Shown here: positions 40,894-50,437 of the stretch, piece by piece
Layout of the letters: each line of letters opens with the position of its first letter
Numbering within the stretch: position 1 is the stretch's first letter
Source: a virus
DNA length: 64,000 bases
Virus record (IMG/VR): IMGVR_UViG_3300006854_000004
Coordinates: 1 to 64,000 of that record
Direction: 5' to 3' (one strand)
Position numbers and translations under genes: made by a program
The notes under the pieces: model-generated
Seen by the model: the letters and a program-made list of their open reading frames with translations, nothing else
What the model was told of the DNA's origin: nothing
The model's database searches: none

Positions 40894-40982
40894 TGGCATC
40901 CTCGCACGAAGAGGTAGACCTGTCCGGCGAAGGACAGGACGAGCATGAACATCAGGACGCGGATCCAGGCTCGGTTCGTCAC
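40890..40982 (-). CDS. 30-aa hydrophobic peptide (single TM)
   Basis: My own translation is 'VTNRAWIRVLMFMLVLSFAGQVYLFVRGCQ'. GTGA and ATGA couplings at the two ends. Confidence 0.3.
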   Translation of the reverse strand: MTNRAWIRVLMFMLVLSFAGQVYLFVRGCQ

Positions 40983-41233
40983 TGGCCCCTCCTCGTGAGA
41001 TGCGCTCGCCACGCACCATCTCGAGCGGCGAGCAGCTTGTCCCTGACCGACTTCTCCATCGTGTCAGTGATGCCCCTCATCGCAGCGTCCAGGCTGCTCT
41101 CGTGACCGCAGTCGAGCAGATCGCCCTCGTGCTCCGTCACGTACCAGAGCCAGTCACCCTCGGTCTTACAGACGACCTCGTAGTGAAGCTCGCCGCTGGT
41201 CTGACCCTTCGGGTCTCGCGCGATGGTCGTCAC
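40979..41233 (-). CDS. hypothetical protein
   Basis: GGAGG lies 5 nt before GTG 41233 (GTGA overlap). The N-terminal track extension was discarded. Confidence 0.45.
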   Translation of the reverse strand: MTTIARDPKGQTSGELHYEVVCKTEGDWLWYVTEHEGDLLDCGHESSLDAAMRGITDTMEKSVRDKLLAARDGAWRAHLTRRGQ

Positions 41234-41418
41234 GACGACCTCCGCTTCCTCGCCAGCGTCTTGAGCCGGTCGAGCTGAACGCGCGTGCGAGCGAGGCTGA
41301 CCCTGACCTCGCGCTGTCGACGAGCGACGCTGCTCTGGATGTCCTCCCGCATGTTGTTGATGTGCTTGTTCTCGACATCCCTCGACGTCTTCGAATCTCC
41401 ACGCTTCGACATGTCCAC
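41230..41418 (-). CDS. small basic protein
   Basis: AAGGAGA lies 5 nt before GTG 41418. First ORF after the promoter at 41462-41491. Confidence 0.45.
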   Translation of the reverse strand: MDMSKRGDSKTSRDVENKHINNMREDIQSSVARRQREVRVSLARTRVQLDRLKTLARKRRSS

Positions 41419-41461
41419 CGTTGTCTCCTTGCTGACTGTAATGTTCAGTCAACTATACGCT

Positions 41462-41491
41462 AGCTTAACACACCCCTGTCTGTCAATACAA
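41462..41491 (-). promoter_or_regulatory. promoter candidate, TTG(C/T)AT-N13-TGTGTTA class
   Basis: On the - strand: GCTTGTAT-tgacagacagggg-TGTGTTAAGCT, in an AT-rich gap. Confidence 0.4.
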
Positions 41492-41528
41492 GCAATAAAA
41501 GCAGTAGTTTGCATTGATCGGATCGCGC

Positions 41529-41660
41529 TCACGCGCGGCGAAGCTTGAACCCCGGGTCGTCGTAGCTCCAGTAGATGGTGTTCGGCGACGCTGCCCACGA
41601 CGCGCGGATCTTCTCCACGACATCACCCGGGCGAACCCGAAGCCAGTCCCGCTTCGTCAT
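41529..41660 (-). CDS. hypothetical small protein (43 aa)
   Basis: My own translation is 'MTKRDWLRVRPGDVVEKIRASWAASPNTIYWSYDDPGFKLRRA'. ATGA overlap with the upstream gene. Confidence 0.3.
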   Translation of the reverse strand: MTKRDWLRVRPGDVVEKIRASWAASPNTIYWSYDDPGFKLRRA

Positions 41661-41950
41661 CGCCGCCTCGGCGGACCGCCGTACTCGAGGACGCTAGCGT
41701 ACGGAGCGCTCGAGCGAATTCGAACGGACCCTGACGCGGTCGGTGTCGGACTCGAGCGACCGAGGATGTGCTGATACGCGTAGAGTAGAGCGTCCACGAT
41801 GTCGTCGCCGTCGCGCGGATAGTCGTGCGGATCGTCGTGCGGATCGTCGATGATCAGCCTGTCGGCTCGCAGTCCACGGATCGGCTCGCCGACCTCGCGG
41901 ATGTATACGGCGTCATCGTTGAGGATCAGTGGCTGAGTGTTGCCGCTCAA
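41657..41950 (-). CDS. hypothetical protein
   Basis: TTGA overlap start. Confidence 0.45.
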   Translation of the reverse strand: MSGNTQPLILNDDAVYIREVGEPIRGLRADRLIIDDPHDDPHDYPRDGDDIVDALLYAYQHILGRSSPTPTASGSVRIRSSAPYASVLEYGGPPRRR

Positions 41951-42501
41951 GTCGGCCTCCTGTGCAGCGGTCCTCGATACAGGACCAGCTTCGGCGTGTC
42001 GTCAACCCACAGACGGGGTGAGCCCTTTCCGTGACCCTCGGGACGTCTAGCGCTGCGACCCGTGGTCATCCCGAGCGATCGGTAGCCGACAGCCCTGAAG
42101 CACGCGCCCGGGTTGAGCTGCTCGCGGATCCTCGTCGGGTCTATCATCGTCTCCCAGTGCAGCGGCGTCCAGTGGTACGCGATCTCCCACCATCTCGATG
42201 CGACCGGATGCCACGCGTCCAGTATCGCGGAAGCTCGACTCGGTCCAGGAGCGTCCAGTCTGTAGACGAAGCAGCACACGGTCTGCGGAAGCGGACGCGC
42301 GTCCTCGAGACCCAGACGCCTCCTGGGCGACAGCTTGAACGACGGCTCGCCGAGACCGATCCAGCCACGATGCTGACCGTCCTCGAAGATCTCCATGCAG
42401 ATCTTCTTGCCGTACGGAGCACCACCGGACCGCGTGTAGTGCGACCTCAGCGCAGCTACGAACCTCGAGTCCCTCGCGCTCAGCAGCTTGAACTCGATCA
42501 C
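41947..42501 (-). CDS. DUF4338-like (DruA-related fold) protein, tentative
   Basis: GTGA overlap start at 42501. The blocks 'HYTRSGGAPYGKKICMEIF...GWIGLGEPSFKLSPRRRLGL' and 'WETMIDP...GACFRAVGYRSLGMTTGRS' parallel the DUF4338 pattern ('HYLG...', 'LETFVDP', 'GTCYRAANW..G.T.GRG') as I recall it. Confidence 0.4.
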   Translation of the reverse strand: MIEFKLLSARDSRFVAALRSHYTRSGGAPYGKKICMEIFEDGQHRGWIGLGEPSFKLSPRRRLGLEDARPLPQTVCCFVYRLDAPGPSRASAILDAWHPVASRWWEIAYHWTPLHWETMIDPTRIREQLNPGACFRAVGYRSLGMTTGRSARRPEGHGKGSPRLWVDDTPKLVLYRGPLHRRPT

Positions 42502-43154
42502 CCGCCGACGCTCCTGGCCAGCGCGATCAGCAGATCCCTGAACTGGACGGGAGTGGCAGCTCGCTCGCGCTTCGGCATGTACTTCCCGTTCCCGACGACA
42601 CCCTGCTCGCGCATCCACGCTCGCTCCTCAGCCGTCCTGTAGCCGTCCCCGCCGAACCAGATGCGATGACCGGGTGCGGACCACGTCAGCTCCGGCAGAG
42701 CTGAGCGAGGAACGCCGCAGACGTAGAGCCACGTCGGCTTCTTCGCCCGGTGTCCGTACGCTCCTTGCTCCACGTAGCACGTGTGACCGCCCCACTCGTC
42801 AGCCTGAATCCAGCCCATGTCCTTCGTTGGCTTCCTGACGCCGTAGACGTCCCACGCCTTGGATCCCTTCGGATGCTCGATCACACCACCGAACGCGCGG
42901 ACGGCGCGGATCGCCTCCCTGAAGCATCCGTCGTCGTCACCCATGCGTCGCTGATTGCCGACCTTGTGGGCCATCGGCCCGCCCGACCAGAACGGTCCCC
43001 ATCGCTCGCACGGCGGGTGAGCCACGACCGGATGCGGTCCATCGTACCTGCGAGCGTCGCGCTCGGGCAGTCCCCAAGGCTCGACGCCGTCCAGTCCGTA
43101 GTACGTCCCGCCGTGCTCGACGTACAGCGCAGCGATCGTCCTAGTCGTCGTCAT
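42498..43154 (-). CDS. Dcm-fold (C5-pyrimidine methyltransferase-like) protein lacking an obvious SAM motif I
   Basis: 'VAHPPCERWG' (motif IV PC-like), 'GGVIEHPKGS' (motif VI ENV-like) and 'GAYGHRAKKPTWLYVCG' (motif VIII-like). I found no FxGxG at the N-terminus. Confidence 0.4.
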   Translation of the reverse strand: MTTTRTIAALYVEHGGTYYGLDGVEPWGLPERDARRYDGPHPVVAHPPCERWGPFWSGGPMAHKVGNQRRMGDDDGCFREAIRAVRAFGGVIEHPKGSKAWDVYGVRKPTKDMGWIQADEWGGHTCYVEQGAYGHRAKKPTWLYVCGVPRSALPELTWSAPGHRIWFGGDGYRTAEERAWMREQGVVGNGKYMPKRERAATPVQFRDLLIALARSVGG

Positions 43155-43440
43155 AGTGGACGTACTCCTTAGCGACGTAGATGCTCGTGCAGTGCTCGGC
43201 GTGGTCGGAGTAGCCGTATCGATAGTCGCAGGTGCATCGACACGTCTGCAGCTTCGAGACTCTGTGGAGCAGCTGGATCAGGTGGCGCACGTCCTCCATC
43301 TCAGTCTCGATGCCGCTCGTTATGTCGATCTTCCGCTTGCGATCCCGTCCGACGACGCGCGTGATCTTCACGTAGAAAGTGTGCTTCTTGACGACGGTCT
43401 GCTCGACCGTAAGCTCGACACCGTTGACCTCGATCCTCAT
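43141..43440 (-). CDS. hypothetical protein
   Basis: ATGA overlap start at 43440. The N-terminal track extension was discarded. Confidence 0.45.
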   Translation of the reverse strand: MRIEVNGVELTVEQTVVKKHTFYVKITRVVGRDRKRKIDITSGIETEMEDVRHLIQLLHRVSKLQTCRCTCDYRYGYSDHAEHCTSIYVAKEYVHYDDD

Positions 43441-44045
43441 ATCTTGATCGTCTCTCGGATGATGCCCGCCAGTCGCCGAACGCGATCCTCGTGGTCCGCC
43501 TCCGCTCTCCCTGGCCACGAGCACTCTCCTGTGTGACTGTTCGGCAGGACACATCGACGATCGTGACCGCGCGCCGTCGATGGCGCATCGCCGCGGATGC
43601 GTCGCCCGTTCCTCTCCTCGCGCATCACGCTGATCTCGATGTCGCCGCCGACGCGGATGATGCCTCGCCCCTCGTCGATCTTCGTGTGAGGACCGAGAGA
43701 CGCGATGTGCCCTACACGCAGGAGCGCGACGAACAGTTCTGGCTCGACCTCCAGCTCCACCCGGGCGAGCGCCATGTTGTTCAGGCGGACGGTCCTCAGA
43801 AGCTCTCGGCATGCCTCGACCACGCCGAGCGATCGGGACGGCTCCTGCTGAAGACGCTGCTCGTCCGTCTCCTCGAGACGGTCCAGCATCACACGCAGTG
43901 AGTCTAGATCCTCTCGAGTCAGTGCAAGACTGTGAGCGACACGGACGTACTCGTTGTCTGGCTCGAGTCGCAGCTTGGTCAACTCGATGACCACGCCGCT
44001 GTCCGTTCTTGTGACCCTGAGGTCGCCGATCTGTATCGTAGTCAC
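43437..44045 (-). CDS. hypothetical protein
   Basis: GTGA overlap start at 44045. Confidence 0.5.
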   Translation of the reverse strand: MTTIQIGDLRVTRTDSGVVIELTKLRLEPDNEYVRVAHSLALTREDLDSLRVMLDRLEETDEQRLQQEPSRSLGVVEACRELLRTVRLNNMALARVELEVEPELFVALLRVGHIASLGPHTKIDEGRGIIRVGGDIEISVMREERNGRRIRGDAPSTARGHDRRCVLPNSHTGECSWPGRAEADHEDRVRRLAGIIRETIKI

Positions 44046-45613
44046 AGCATCATCTCCTGTTGGTCCTTCGTCAGCCACTCCCGCACGCGGTCGCCCGTGA
44101 CCTGCGATGCGACGTCGAACTTCCGCCGCAGAGCCTCCACGACCTGCTCGTCGACGGTGTCCTCAGCCTCGATGTCAATGACGGTGACGCTCTTGTCCTG
44201 GCCGATGCGGTGGAAGCGGTCCTCGGACTGGAGCCGCTTCTCGAGGCTGTACGAGTTGGTATAGTAGACGGCGGTCTTCGCGATGTTCAGCGTCACGCCC
44301 ATGGAGATCGCGTGAACGTTCGCCACCAGAACGCGCGGTCCTGCTGGATCGCGGAACGCCTCAAGACCGGTCTCGCGGTCCTTCTGACTAGTGGAGCCGT
44401 CGTAGCGCACGCGACCGACGCCCGCGAGATCCAGCGCGCGACAGACCAGGTCTACGTCCCGCACGAAGCGACACCACACGATGACCTTGTGCTCCAGCTC
44501 GGAGACGATCTCCATCAACAGCTGGACGCGAGGGTTCTCGTCGATGGGGACCACGTCCACGACCTGTCTGTCCGCCTCGACCATGACGGTCCCGTCCTCC
44601 AGCTCGGTCTCACGCGCGCTGACCGTCGCTGTGACGAAGCCGGAGCAGATCTGCTGGAGCCGCGTCAGTCTGGTCACGGCGAGCGGCGCCTCCGCGAAGC
44701 CGCCGGGATCGGCGTCGATCTCAGCGATCAGGTCGCGCTTGAGATCCTCGTAGACCCGTCGCTGCTCCGACGTAAGCTCGAACGACCTTCGCACGTAGAC
44801 CTTCGGCGGCAGCTCGACGGTGCTGTCCTCCTTCAGCAGTCGCGAGCTGACCGGAGCGATCAGCTTGTTCAGATAGTCGAGCCTCTTGTATCCGACGACC
44901 TTCTCGAACTTCATGGCTCCGCGTCCGCGGCGCGTCTCGAACAGACCAAACTCCTGCTTGAAGGCGGGCAGACTGCGGATGCCATGACGCTTCCAGAAGT
45001 CCTCGTCGAGGAACTCGAACTGCGAGTGCGCGTCGAACGGACTCTGCGCGACCGGCGTCCCGGTAGCGATCCACCTGTAGTGACAGTGGCTCGCCAGCTC
45101 CTTCATGATCTTCGACTGCTGTGTCTTCGGGTTCTTCAGCGCGGTCGACTCGTCCGCTACGATCATGGTGCGGTGGAGCAGGACCAGCTTCCTGGCGAAG
45201 TCTAGCCCATGGTCCGTCTTCAGGCTGTCGTACGACATGGCCGCGAAGCGCAGACGCTCGACGATGATGTCCGACTTGGGATCGAGGAACATCGCCCGCT
45301 TCAGCACGTCCCTGTCCCTCTTCTCCTTCGTGCGGAACCTGTAGCGAGCGACCGGCGCGGCGAGGTGCTCCGGGATCTCGTGCGTCGTCCAGTTCGAGTA
45401 GACGCTGTTCGGCGCCACGACTAGGACCGCGTCGATCTTGCGACTCAGGTACAGGTGCGAGGATACGTCGAGGATCAGCTTCGTCTTGCCGAGTCCCATC
45501 TCCCAGAAGAGGGCGAAGTATCGCTTGTCGGCGCACTCCTCGAACACGCGCCGCTGATGCTCGTACGGTCTGGTCTTGAAGACGTCGGTCAGCCAGTCCG
45601 TGGTGTCCGTCAC
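44042..45613 (-). CDS. SNF2-family helicase
   Basis: 'GLGKTK' Walker A, 'VADESTALKN' DExx box and 'WIATGTPVAQSP'. The C-terminal helicase domain has 'QSEDRFHRIGQ'. Confidence 0.8.
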   Translation of the reverse strand: MTDTTDWLTDVFKTRPYEHQRRVFEECADKRYFALFWEMGLGKTKLILDVSSHLYLSRKIDAVLVVAPNSVYSNWTTHEIPEHLAAPVARYRFRTKEKRDRDVLKRAMFLDPKSDIIVERLRFAAMSYDSLKTDHGLDFARKLVLLHRTMIVADESTALKNPKTQQSKIMKELASHCHYRWIATGTPVAQSPFDAHSQFEFLDEDFWKRHGIRSLPAFKQEFGLFETRRGRGAMKFEKVVGYKRLDYLNKLIAPVSSRLLKEDSTVELPPKVYVRRSFELTSEQRRVYEDLKRDLIAEIDADPGGFAEAPLAVTRLTRLQQICSGFVTATVSARETELEDGTVMVEADRQVVDVVPIDENPRVQLLMEIVSELEHKVIVWCRFVRDVDLVCRALDLAGVGRVRYDGSTSQKDRETGLEAFRDPAGPRVLVANVHAISMGVTLNIAKTAVYYTNSYSLEKRLQSEDRFHRIGQDKSVTVIDIEAEDTVDEQVVEALRRKFDVASQVTGDRVREWLTKDQQEMML

Positions 45614-45978
45614 CCGAGCCTCCCGAGCAGCTTGTCCAGCTCGCTCAACTCCTGCTCAGCCTCCTGTCCGGTGATGCGCATCGCCTCGAGGACCTTGTGG
45701 TGTCGCGGGTCGAGCGCGTACCGGATCTCGGTCATGCGGAAGATCACGCAGCCGCGTATCCACTCCATGTCGCGGTCGGCCAGCTTGATGTTCTTCGGCG
45801 GACCGCCGAGGACTGTGTAGCGAGCGACCTCGCGCTGACAGTCCGGCAGATAGCAGCGGAGGATCATGACGCCGTCCTCGACAGACACCTGTAGCGGAGC
45901 GGTCAGGTGACAGCGCGCGCTGAGCGTCAGCTTGGTCTGGTCCTCGCACAGATCGCACTTCAGCGTCTCGTCCGTCAC
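45610..45978 (-). CDS. hypothetical protein
   Basis: GTGA overlap start. Confidence 0.5.
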   Translation of the reverse strand: MTDETLKCDLCEDQTKLTLSARCHLTAPLQVSVEDGVMILRCYLPDCQREVARYTVLGGPPKNIKLADRDMEWIRGCVIFRMTEIRYALDPRHHKVLEAMRITGQEAEQELSELDKLLGRLG

Positions 45979-46304
45979 GACCGCTCCTCCGGGTCTCCGG
46001 CGACGACCACCACGCGATCGGGCGCGGCTGCGTTCCCTGTGATGTTCTTCGCGAGCGCGATGGCCGCTCCGAGGAAGCTGCCGAGGAACTTCAGTCTGTC
46101 GCCCTCGCCCGCGGCTGCGAACGCGCGACGGACCTCAGGCTCCGCGAGAAGCTCCGGCTTGCAGCAGCTGAAGTCAGGGCAGCACTCGCCGTCCTGCTCC
46201 CAGCGCTCGCTCGCCGCCGTGAAGATCCTGTGGACCGAGTCGCCCTCGACCCACCGACGAAGCTGCTCGTCGCTTGTGATGCACTCTCGCTTGACGTCGG
46301 TCAT
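45975..46304 (-). CDS. CC-x4-CC protein, paralogue B
   Basis: 'GECCPDFSCCKPELLAEPEVRRAFAA...DRLKFLGSFLGAAIA'. ATGA overlap start at 46304. Confidence 0.5.
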   Translation of the reverse strand: MTDVKRECITSDEQLRRWVEGDSVHRIFTAASERWEQDGECCPDFSCCKPELLAEPEVRRAFAAAGEGDRLKFLGSFLGAAIALAKNITGNAAAPDRVVVVAGDPEERS

Positions 46305-46495
46305 CGCCCACCCTCCTTCGGCACGAACACCATCGGGCCCCACGTCGGCGTCCCGGGATCGCGCTCCCTGCCGACCGTCCCGTAGACGGTCGAGTACTCC
46401 CGACCCAGCTGCGTCTGGTAGATCCAGCCCGTCGGCACCGTCAGGCGCCGGACCGAGTGTCTCTGGTCGTCGACCACTAGCTCCCACTTCTCCAT
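46301..46495 (-). CDS. hypothetical protein
   Basis: ATG lies 1 nt after the upstream TGA. Confidence 0.45.
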   Translation of the reverse strand: MEKWELVVDDQRHSVRRLTVPTGWIYQTQLGREYSTVYGTVGRERDPGTPTWGPMVFVPKEGGR

Positions 46496-46496
46496 G

Positions 46497-46739
46497 TCAC
46501 TTCCTCCGTTGATATTGTCTAGCGCGCGTCGCCATCTGCACGTAGAGCCGGCGCATCTTCTTGCGACCGGACGCCGTCAGCGACGCGTATCCCATGACGC
46601 CGGCCTCGACGAACCAGACCATCGATCCGTCGATGTTCAGCGGCACCATCTCGGTCCCCGTCGGAGCGAGCGAGATCCACTCCTCCTGTGTGATGAAGCT
46701 CTTCGCCGGAGCGCTCTCGCCGCGGAGCCTGATCCTCAC
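46497..46739 (-). CDS. hypothetical protein
   Basis: GTG lies 1 nt after the upstream TGA. Confidence 0.45.
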   Translation of the reverse strand: MRIRLRGESAPAKSFITQEEWISLAPTGTEMVPLNIDGSMVWFVEAGVMGYASLTASGRKKMRRLYVQMATRARQYQRRK

Positions 46740-46740
46740 G

Positions 46741-47073
46741 TCAGCGACCGCCCATCCCGCGGACCGCGTCCCGAAGCGCGGTGTTGATCACCTCGCTCAG
46801 GTGCTTGACGATCTGGTTGCCGATCTCCACGCTGGAGCGAAGCTCGTCCCGCTCCTTGGCGAGACGGTCGATGACGTCCCAGTAGTACTCGGCCGCGTAG
46901 AATCCGGCGCGGTTCAGCGCCTCGTTCACCTTGGTCAGAATCTCGGCGGTCTCGACGGCGCGCTTCTCCAGGGCGAGGACGGCTCGGGCCAAGTGGACGC
47001 TCGGCTTGTCAGCGTCGACGCCGTACTTCTCGATGACCTCGCGAGCGAGCTTGGACTGGTCGGTCTCCGCCAC
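46741..47073 (-). CDS. hypothetical coiled-coil protein
   Basis: GGGAGGGG lies before GTG 47073. The track start at 47127 overlaps the upstream gene. Confidence 0.45.
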   Translation of the reverse strand: MAETDQSKLAREVIEKYGVDADKPSVHLARAVLALEKRAVETAEILTKVNEALNRAGFYAAEYYWDVIDRLAKERDELRSSVEIGNQIVKHLSEVINTALRDAVRGMGGR

Positions 47074-47074
47074 G

Positions 47075-47392
47075 TCAGTTCCCCTCCCGCACGGACGGGT
47101 CTGTGACGACGCAGCGGCCGTCGGCAATGATCTTCCCCGCGGCGCTCTGGTCGATCGGGTAGAGCCGGACCGTCTGCCCGACGCAGAACGTGGTGCCGCA
47201 TCGCTGACAGTGGTAGAAGTACGCGAAGTCGGCGTCGACGTGTCCGTGAGCGCCGCACCTGCACTGGACGTCCATGCAGACGTTCGTTCCCTTCCACTGA
47301 ATCCACGCGTGCCCCTCGCCCTCGTCGGGCACGTCCTTGTCGTACTCGAGCGGCTGATCTGGCCAGTCCGTCACCGGGTCGTGCTTGCTCAC
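47075..47392 (-). CDS. Cys/His-rich protein, hypothetical
   Basis: GTGA overlap start at 47392. Contains 'CMDVQCRCGAHGHVD...HCQRCG'. Confidence 0.45.
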   Translation of the reverse strand: MSKHDPVTDWPDQPLEYDKDVPDEGEGHAWIQWKGTNVCMDVQCRCGAHGHVDADFAYFYHCQRCGTTFCVGQTVRLYPIDQSAAGKIIADGRCVVTDPSVREGN

Positions 47393-47766
47393 GTCCGCTC
47401 CTGCTTCTGGTGGTTGAACGGCAGCGACAGCCACTTGTCGTAGAACTCCTGCGGTCCGCCGTCGATGACGACGCGGTAGTGCGTCTTCCCCTCGGGGACG
47501 TAGCCGGCGGCGAGCGTCTGCTCCACGATCAGGTCGATCGCCTCGATCAGCTTGTCCCGTGCGGCGTCGCTGTGCGGGTCGGCCTTCGCCTTGATGGTGT
47601 ACCACGACTTCCGGTCCTCGCTGGTAGGAGAGTAGTAGCGGAAGCGATAGCGGCACATCCACGGCTCGCCCTCCTGCTTGAACACGACGGCTAGCAGATC
47701 CTGCCGGTCCCCGGGCAGGTACCAGCCGACTGCGACGCGGGTCTTCTCTGTGATGTCGATGGTCAT
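47389..47766 (-). CDS. hypothetical protein
   Basis: GGAGGAGA lies before the ATG. Confidence 0.5.
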   Translation of the reverse strand: MTIDITEKTRVAVGWYLPGDRQDLLAVVFKQEGEPWMCRYRFRYYSPTSEDRKSWYTIKAKADPHSDAARDKLIEAIDLIVEQTLAAGYVPEGKTHYRVVIDGGPQEFYDKWLSLPFNHQKQERT

Positions 47767-47797
47767 CGTCCCTGTCTCCTCCGCTCATTGATGTGAG

Positions 47798-48049
47798 CTA
47801 CAGTCTTCTACGTGCTGCGTGATAGCGCCGCTTGAACCTGCTGACGGCCAGGTCCTCGCTCTCCTGCCAACACAGATACACGCATCGCTCCTTCGGGTCT
47901 GCCGGCTCGAACCTGTACGTAGGACTCTGGTCGTCGAAGCGGTAGACGATGCGCCCGAGGTACGTCGAGCCCTCGTAGACCTCGACGATCGGGCCGAGGA
48001 AGTCGTCGTCCGTCTCGAACAGGTGCAGTAGTCCGTCTTCGACGATCAC
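47798..48049 (-). CDS. hypothetical protein
   Basis: GTG lies directly after the primase stop. Confidence 0.5.
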   Translation of the reverse strand: MIVEDGLLHLFETDDDFLGPIVEVYEGSTYLGRIVYRFDDQSPTYRFEPADPKERCVYLCWQESEDLAVSRFKRRYHAARRRL

Positions 48050-50437
48050 TCAGAATGGGTCCGTGTTCGGGTCAGCGCCCGGATGTGGAGCTGCGTCGAG
48101 TCTCAGCTCGGCGTCTGACGACTCCTTGTCGTGCACGCCGTGGACGAAGAGCGGCTCGTCCCACTGGAAGGTCGGCCAGTTCCTCGCGCGCTGGAAGTCC
48201 TTCCTGCACGCAGTCAGCGGCGGGAACAGAAACGCCATCGGCCGCACAGATCCACCCTCGACCGCATGGTTCTCTCCGAGCTGGGTCGAGCGGGCGCTTG
48301 GTATCTGCTTCAGGAACCAGTCGTGCCAGACGCGCACGGACATGACGAACTGATTCCGCTGTCGCATGTACTCCTGGTAGTCCTCGTAGAGCAGCGACTT
48401 GACGACCGGTCCCTCCCACCGCACGGTCGGGCGAGCGTTCAGCCAGATGCCGATGTGCAGCTTGTCCAGAAGCCACTCGTGCTCTCTACTCAGGTTCAGC
48501 ATCTGCTGCTCGACCAGAGCCTGTGTCTTCGGCACCGACCGCACGTCGAAGTCGCTGAGGTCCACGCTCAGCAGATGGTGCATCAGGTTCGCGCGTCCCC
48601 CGGCGTCCATGTCTTCGGCGATGCGACCGAAGTACGCGCTGTCCTGCGTCTTGTCGGTGCCGACGCGCAGCACAAGGAATCGCCGCTCGTGGTCGCCGGC
48701 GGGGACGACGCGCTCGTTGTTGGACGTCATCATCAGGTGCGCGTAGTTCTCGCCCCAGAACACGTCGTAGCCCTTCCGCTCGATCGCGCGTCGCTTGCCC
48801 GTGATCAGCTCCTTCAGCACAGACTCGTTCCGGCGATCGTACGCGTGGTAGGCCTCCTCCGCCACCACGAGGATCTTGTCGGCGAGGTGAGAGTTGAAGC
48901 GGCCGATCAGGTGGTCCATGTTGTCCACGACCGCGCCGTGCGAGCCGAACAGGTCGAGGAACTGACGACAGAAGAAGCTCTTGCCAGTGCCGCGCTCTCT
49001 GGAGACTAGCACGATGGCGACCTCGCTCTGCGTCTTCGGCTGCTGGACCACGCGAGCCATCCAGCGGATGAGATAGTCGGAGTACTCCTGGACGCCCGCG
49101 CAGATGTTCGCGCGGACGTGGTGCAGGAAGCCCTGGTGCTTGACGCCGTCCGCGGGCTGGACCGCGAAGCCGCGGAACGTGTTATACGACCCCGGGCTGT
49201 CGCCGGACGGGTCGAACACGACTCGCTCGTACTGACGTCTGCGCGCTTGATGGAACCACCACTTGCCGTCGCTCTGCAGGACCTCGCGTCCCTTCGCGTC
49301 TTTCGTGATGATGTGAGACGAGGCTCGGGCGGAGAAGAACTCGCGCGGTCCCTGGAAGGACAGCTGTCCGTCGCCGGTCTCGCGCATGACCACGCATCGG
49401 TTCCCGTAGTTCTCGACGACGGCGAACTTGTCGTTCATCTCCAGCAGACGCGGGTGTATCGAGGCGTCTCGCGCGCGGCTGATCTGCCGGAGAGCGTAGC
49501 GCGTGATACCAGAGCCCTTGTCCAGCACAGACTCGCTGATGCTGAAGCGCGAGTCGGTGATGACGCCGTGGATGACCTCGTCGGGGACGTTGCAGCGCAC
49601 CATCTCGCAGCAAGCGTAGAAGAGCCACTCCGAGCGGGACTTGACGACCGCCCTGTCGTCTGGGTCGAAGCCCTGCACGATCACCTTCTTCAGCTTCTCC
49701 GGCACCTCCAGCTCGTCGATCGACTCGATGCGCTTCAGGTCCTGGCTGACCTTCGTGGCCGACGTGGTCGCGTTCACGGGCGCGACCGGCGTGGCCATGA
49801 AGTGAGCGATGGGGTACGTCACGTCGCTGGTCGCGTGGATGACAGCCAGAGCTGGAGTCCTTCCCTTCGCGACCTTCTCTGCGCTCGGCCAGTTGATGGT
49901 GCCCGGGAGCCTGAGGATGCGGCTGATGTCGCGACAGTGGTCCGGCGTGCTGAAGTCCAGCTCGAACTGCCAATTGCGACGCTCCACCTCGATCGCGTTG
50001 CGGATGTGCTCCTCCGGCGTCGAAGCGGTCAGCTGAACCGGGTCGGTCAGTCGCCAGAGCGCGTTGTATCCGCCGCCGCTGAAGATGATGGCGGACGGTG
50101 GCGTCCTATACGCGAGTATCTGCGTGAGGATGCGGTCCTGCTCGGCCGCGATGTCCGCTCCAGCGCGCGGGTCTACATCGACGTGCAGGAAGTGGACGAC
50201 CTCGATGTCCGTCTTGCCGAACTTCTTCTTCCCTGACGCCTCCCTCGTGGGCTGGTTCACGCTGTAGTAGAGGTTGAACTTCGCGTGGTCCTCGACGAAG
50301 GACATCGCGGACTCGATCGTGTTGCAGGTGTCGCTCGCTATCTCCTTCTTGGAGACGCTGATGGCGGTCAGGGTCCACGGACCCGTCGGGTACAGCCAGA
50401 GCAGGAAGGCGCGAGTGACGTCGGGCGATGGTCTCAC
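48050..50437 (-). CDS. primase-polymerase / SF3 (D5/P4-type) helicase fusion
   Basis: The N-terminal 'LWLYPTGPWTLTAI...YYSVNQ...HFLHVDVD' block is RepB/prim-pol-like. Walker A 'SRERGTGKSFF'. GTGA overlap start at 50437 (track start 50506). Confidence 0.75.
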   Translation of the reverse strand: MRPSPDVTRAFLLWLYPTGPWTLTAISVSKKEIASDTCNTIESAMSFVEDHAKFNLYYSVNQPTREASGKKKFGKTDIEVVHFLHVDVDPRAGADIAAEQDRILTQILAYRTPPSAIIFSGGGYNALWRLTDPVQLTASTPEEHIRNAIEVERRNWQFELDFSTPDHCRDISRILRLPGTINWPSAEKVAKGRTPALAVIHATSDVTYPIAHFMATPVAPVNATTSATKVSQDLKRIESIDELEVPEKLKKVIVQGFDPDDRAVVKSRSEWLFYACCEMVRCNVPDEVIHGVITDSRFSISESVLDKGSGITRYALRQISRARDASIHPRLLEMNDKFAVVENYGNRCVVMRETGDGQLSFQGPREFFSARASSHIITKDAKGREVLQSDGKWWFHQARRRQYERVVFDPSGDSPGSYNTFRGFAVQPADGVKHQGFLHHVRANICAGVQEYSDYLIRWMARVVQQPKTQSEVAIVLVSRERGTGKSFFCRQFLDLFGSHGAVVDNMDHLIGRFNSHLADKILVVAEEAYHAYDRRNESVLKELITGKRRAIERKGYDVFWGENYAHLMMTSNNERVVPAGDHERRFLVLRVGTDKTQDSAYFGRIAEDMDAGGRANLMHHLLSVDLSDFDVRSVPKTQALVEQQMLNLSREHEWLLDKLHIGIWLNARPTVRWEGPVVKSLLYEDYQEYMRQRNQFVMSVRVWHDWFLKQIPSARSTQLGENHAVEGGSVRPMAFLFPPLTACRKDFQRARNWPTFQWDEPLFVHGVHDKESSDAELRLDAAPHPGADPNTDPF

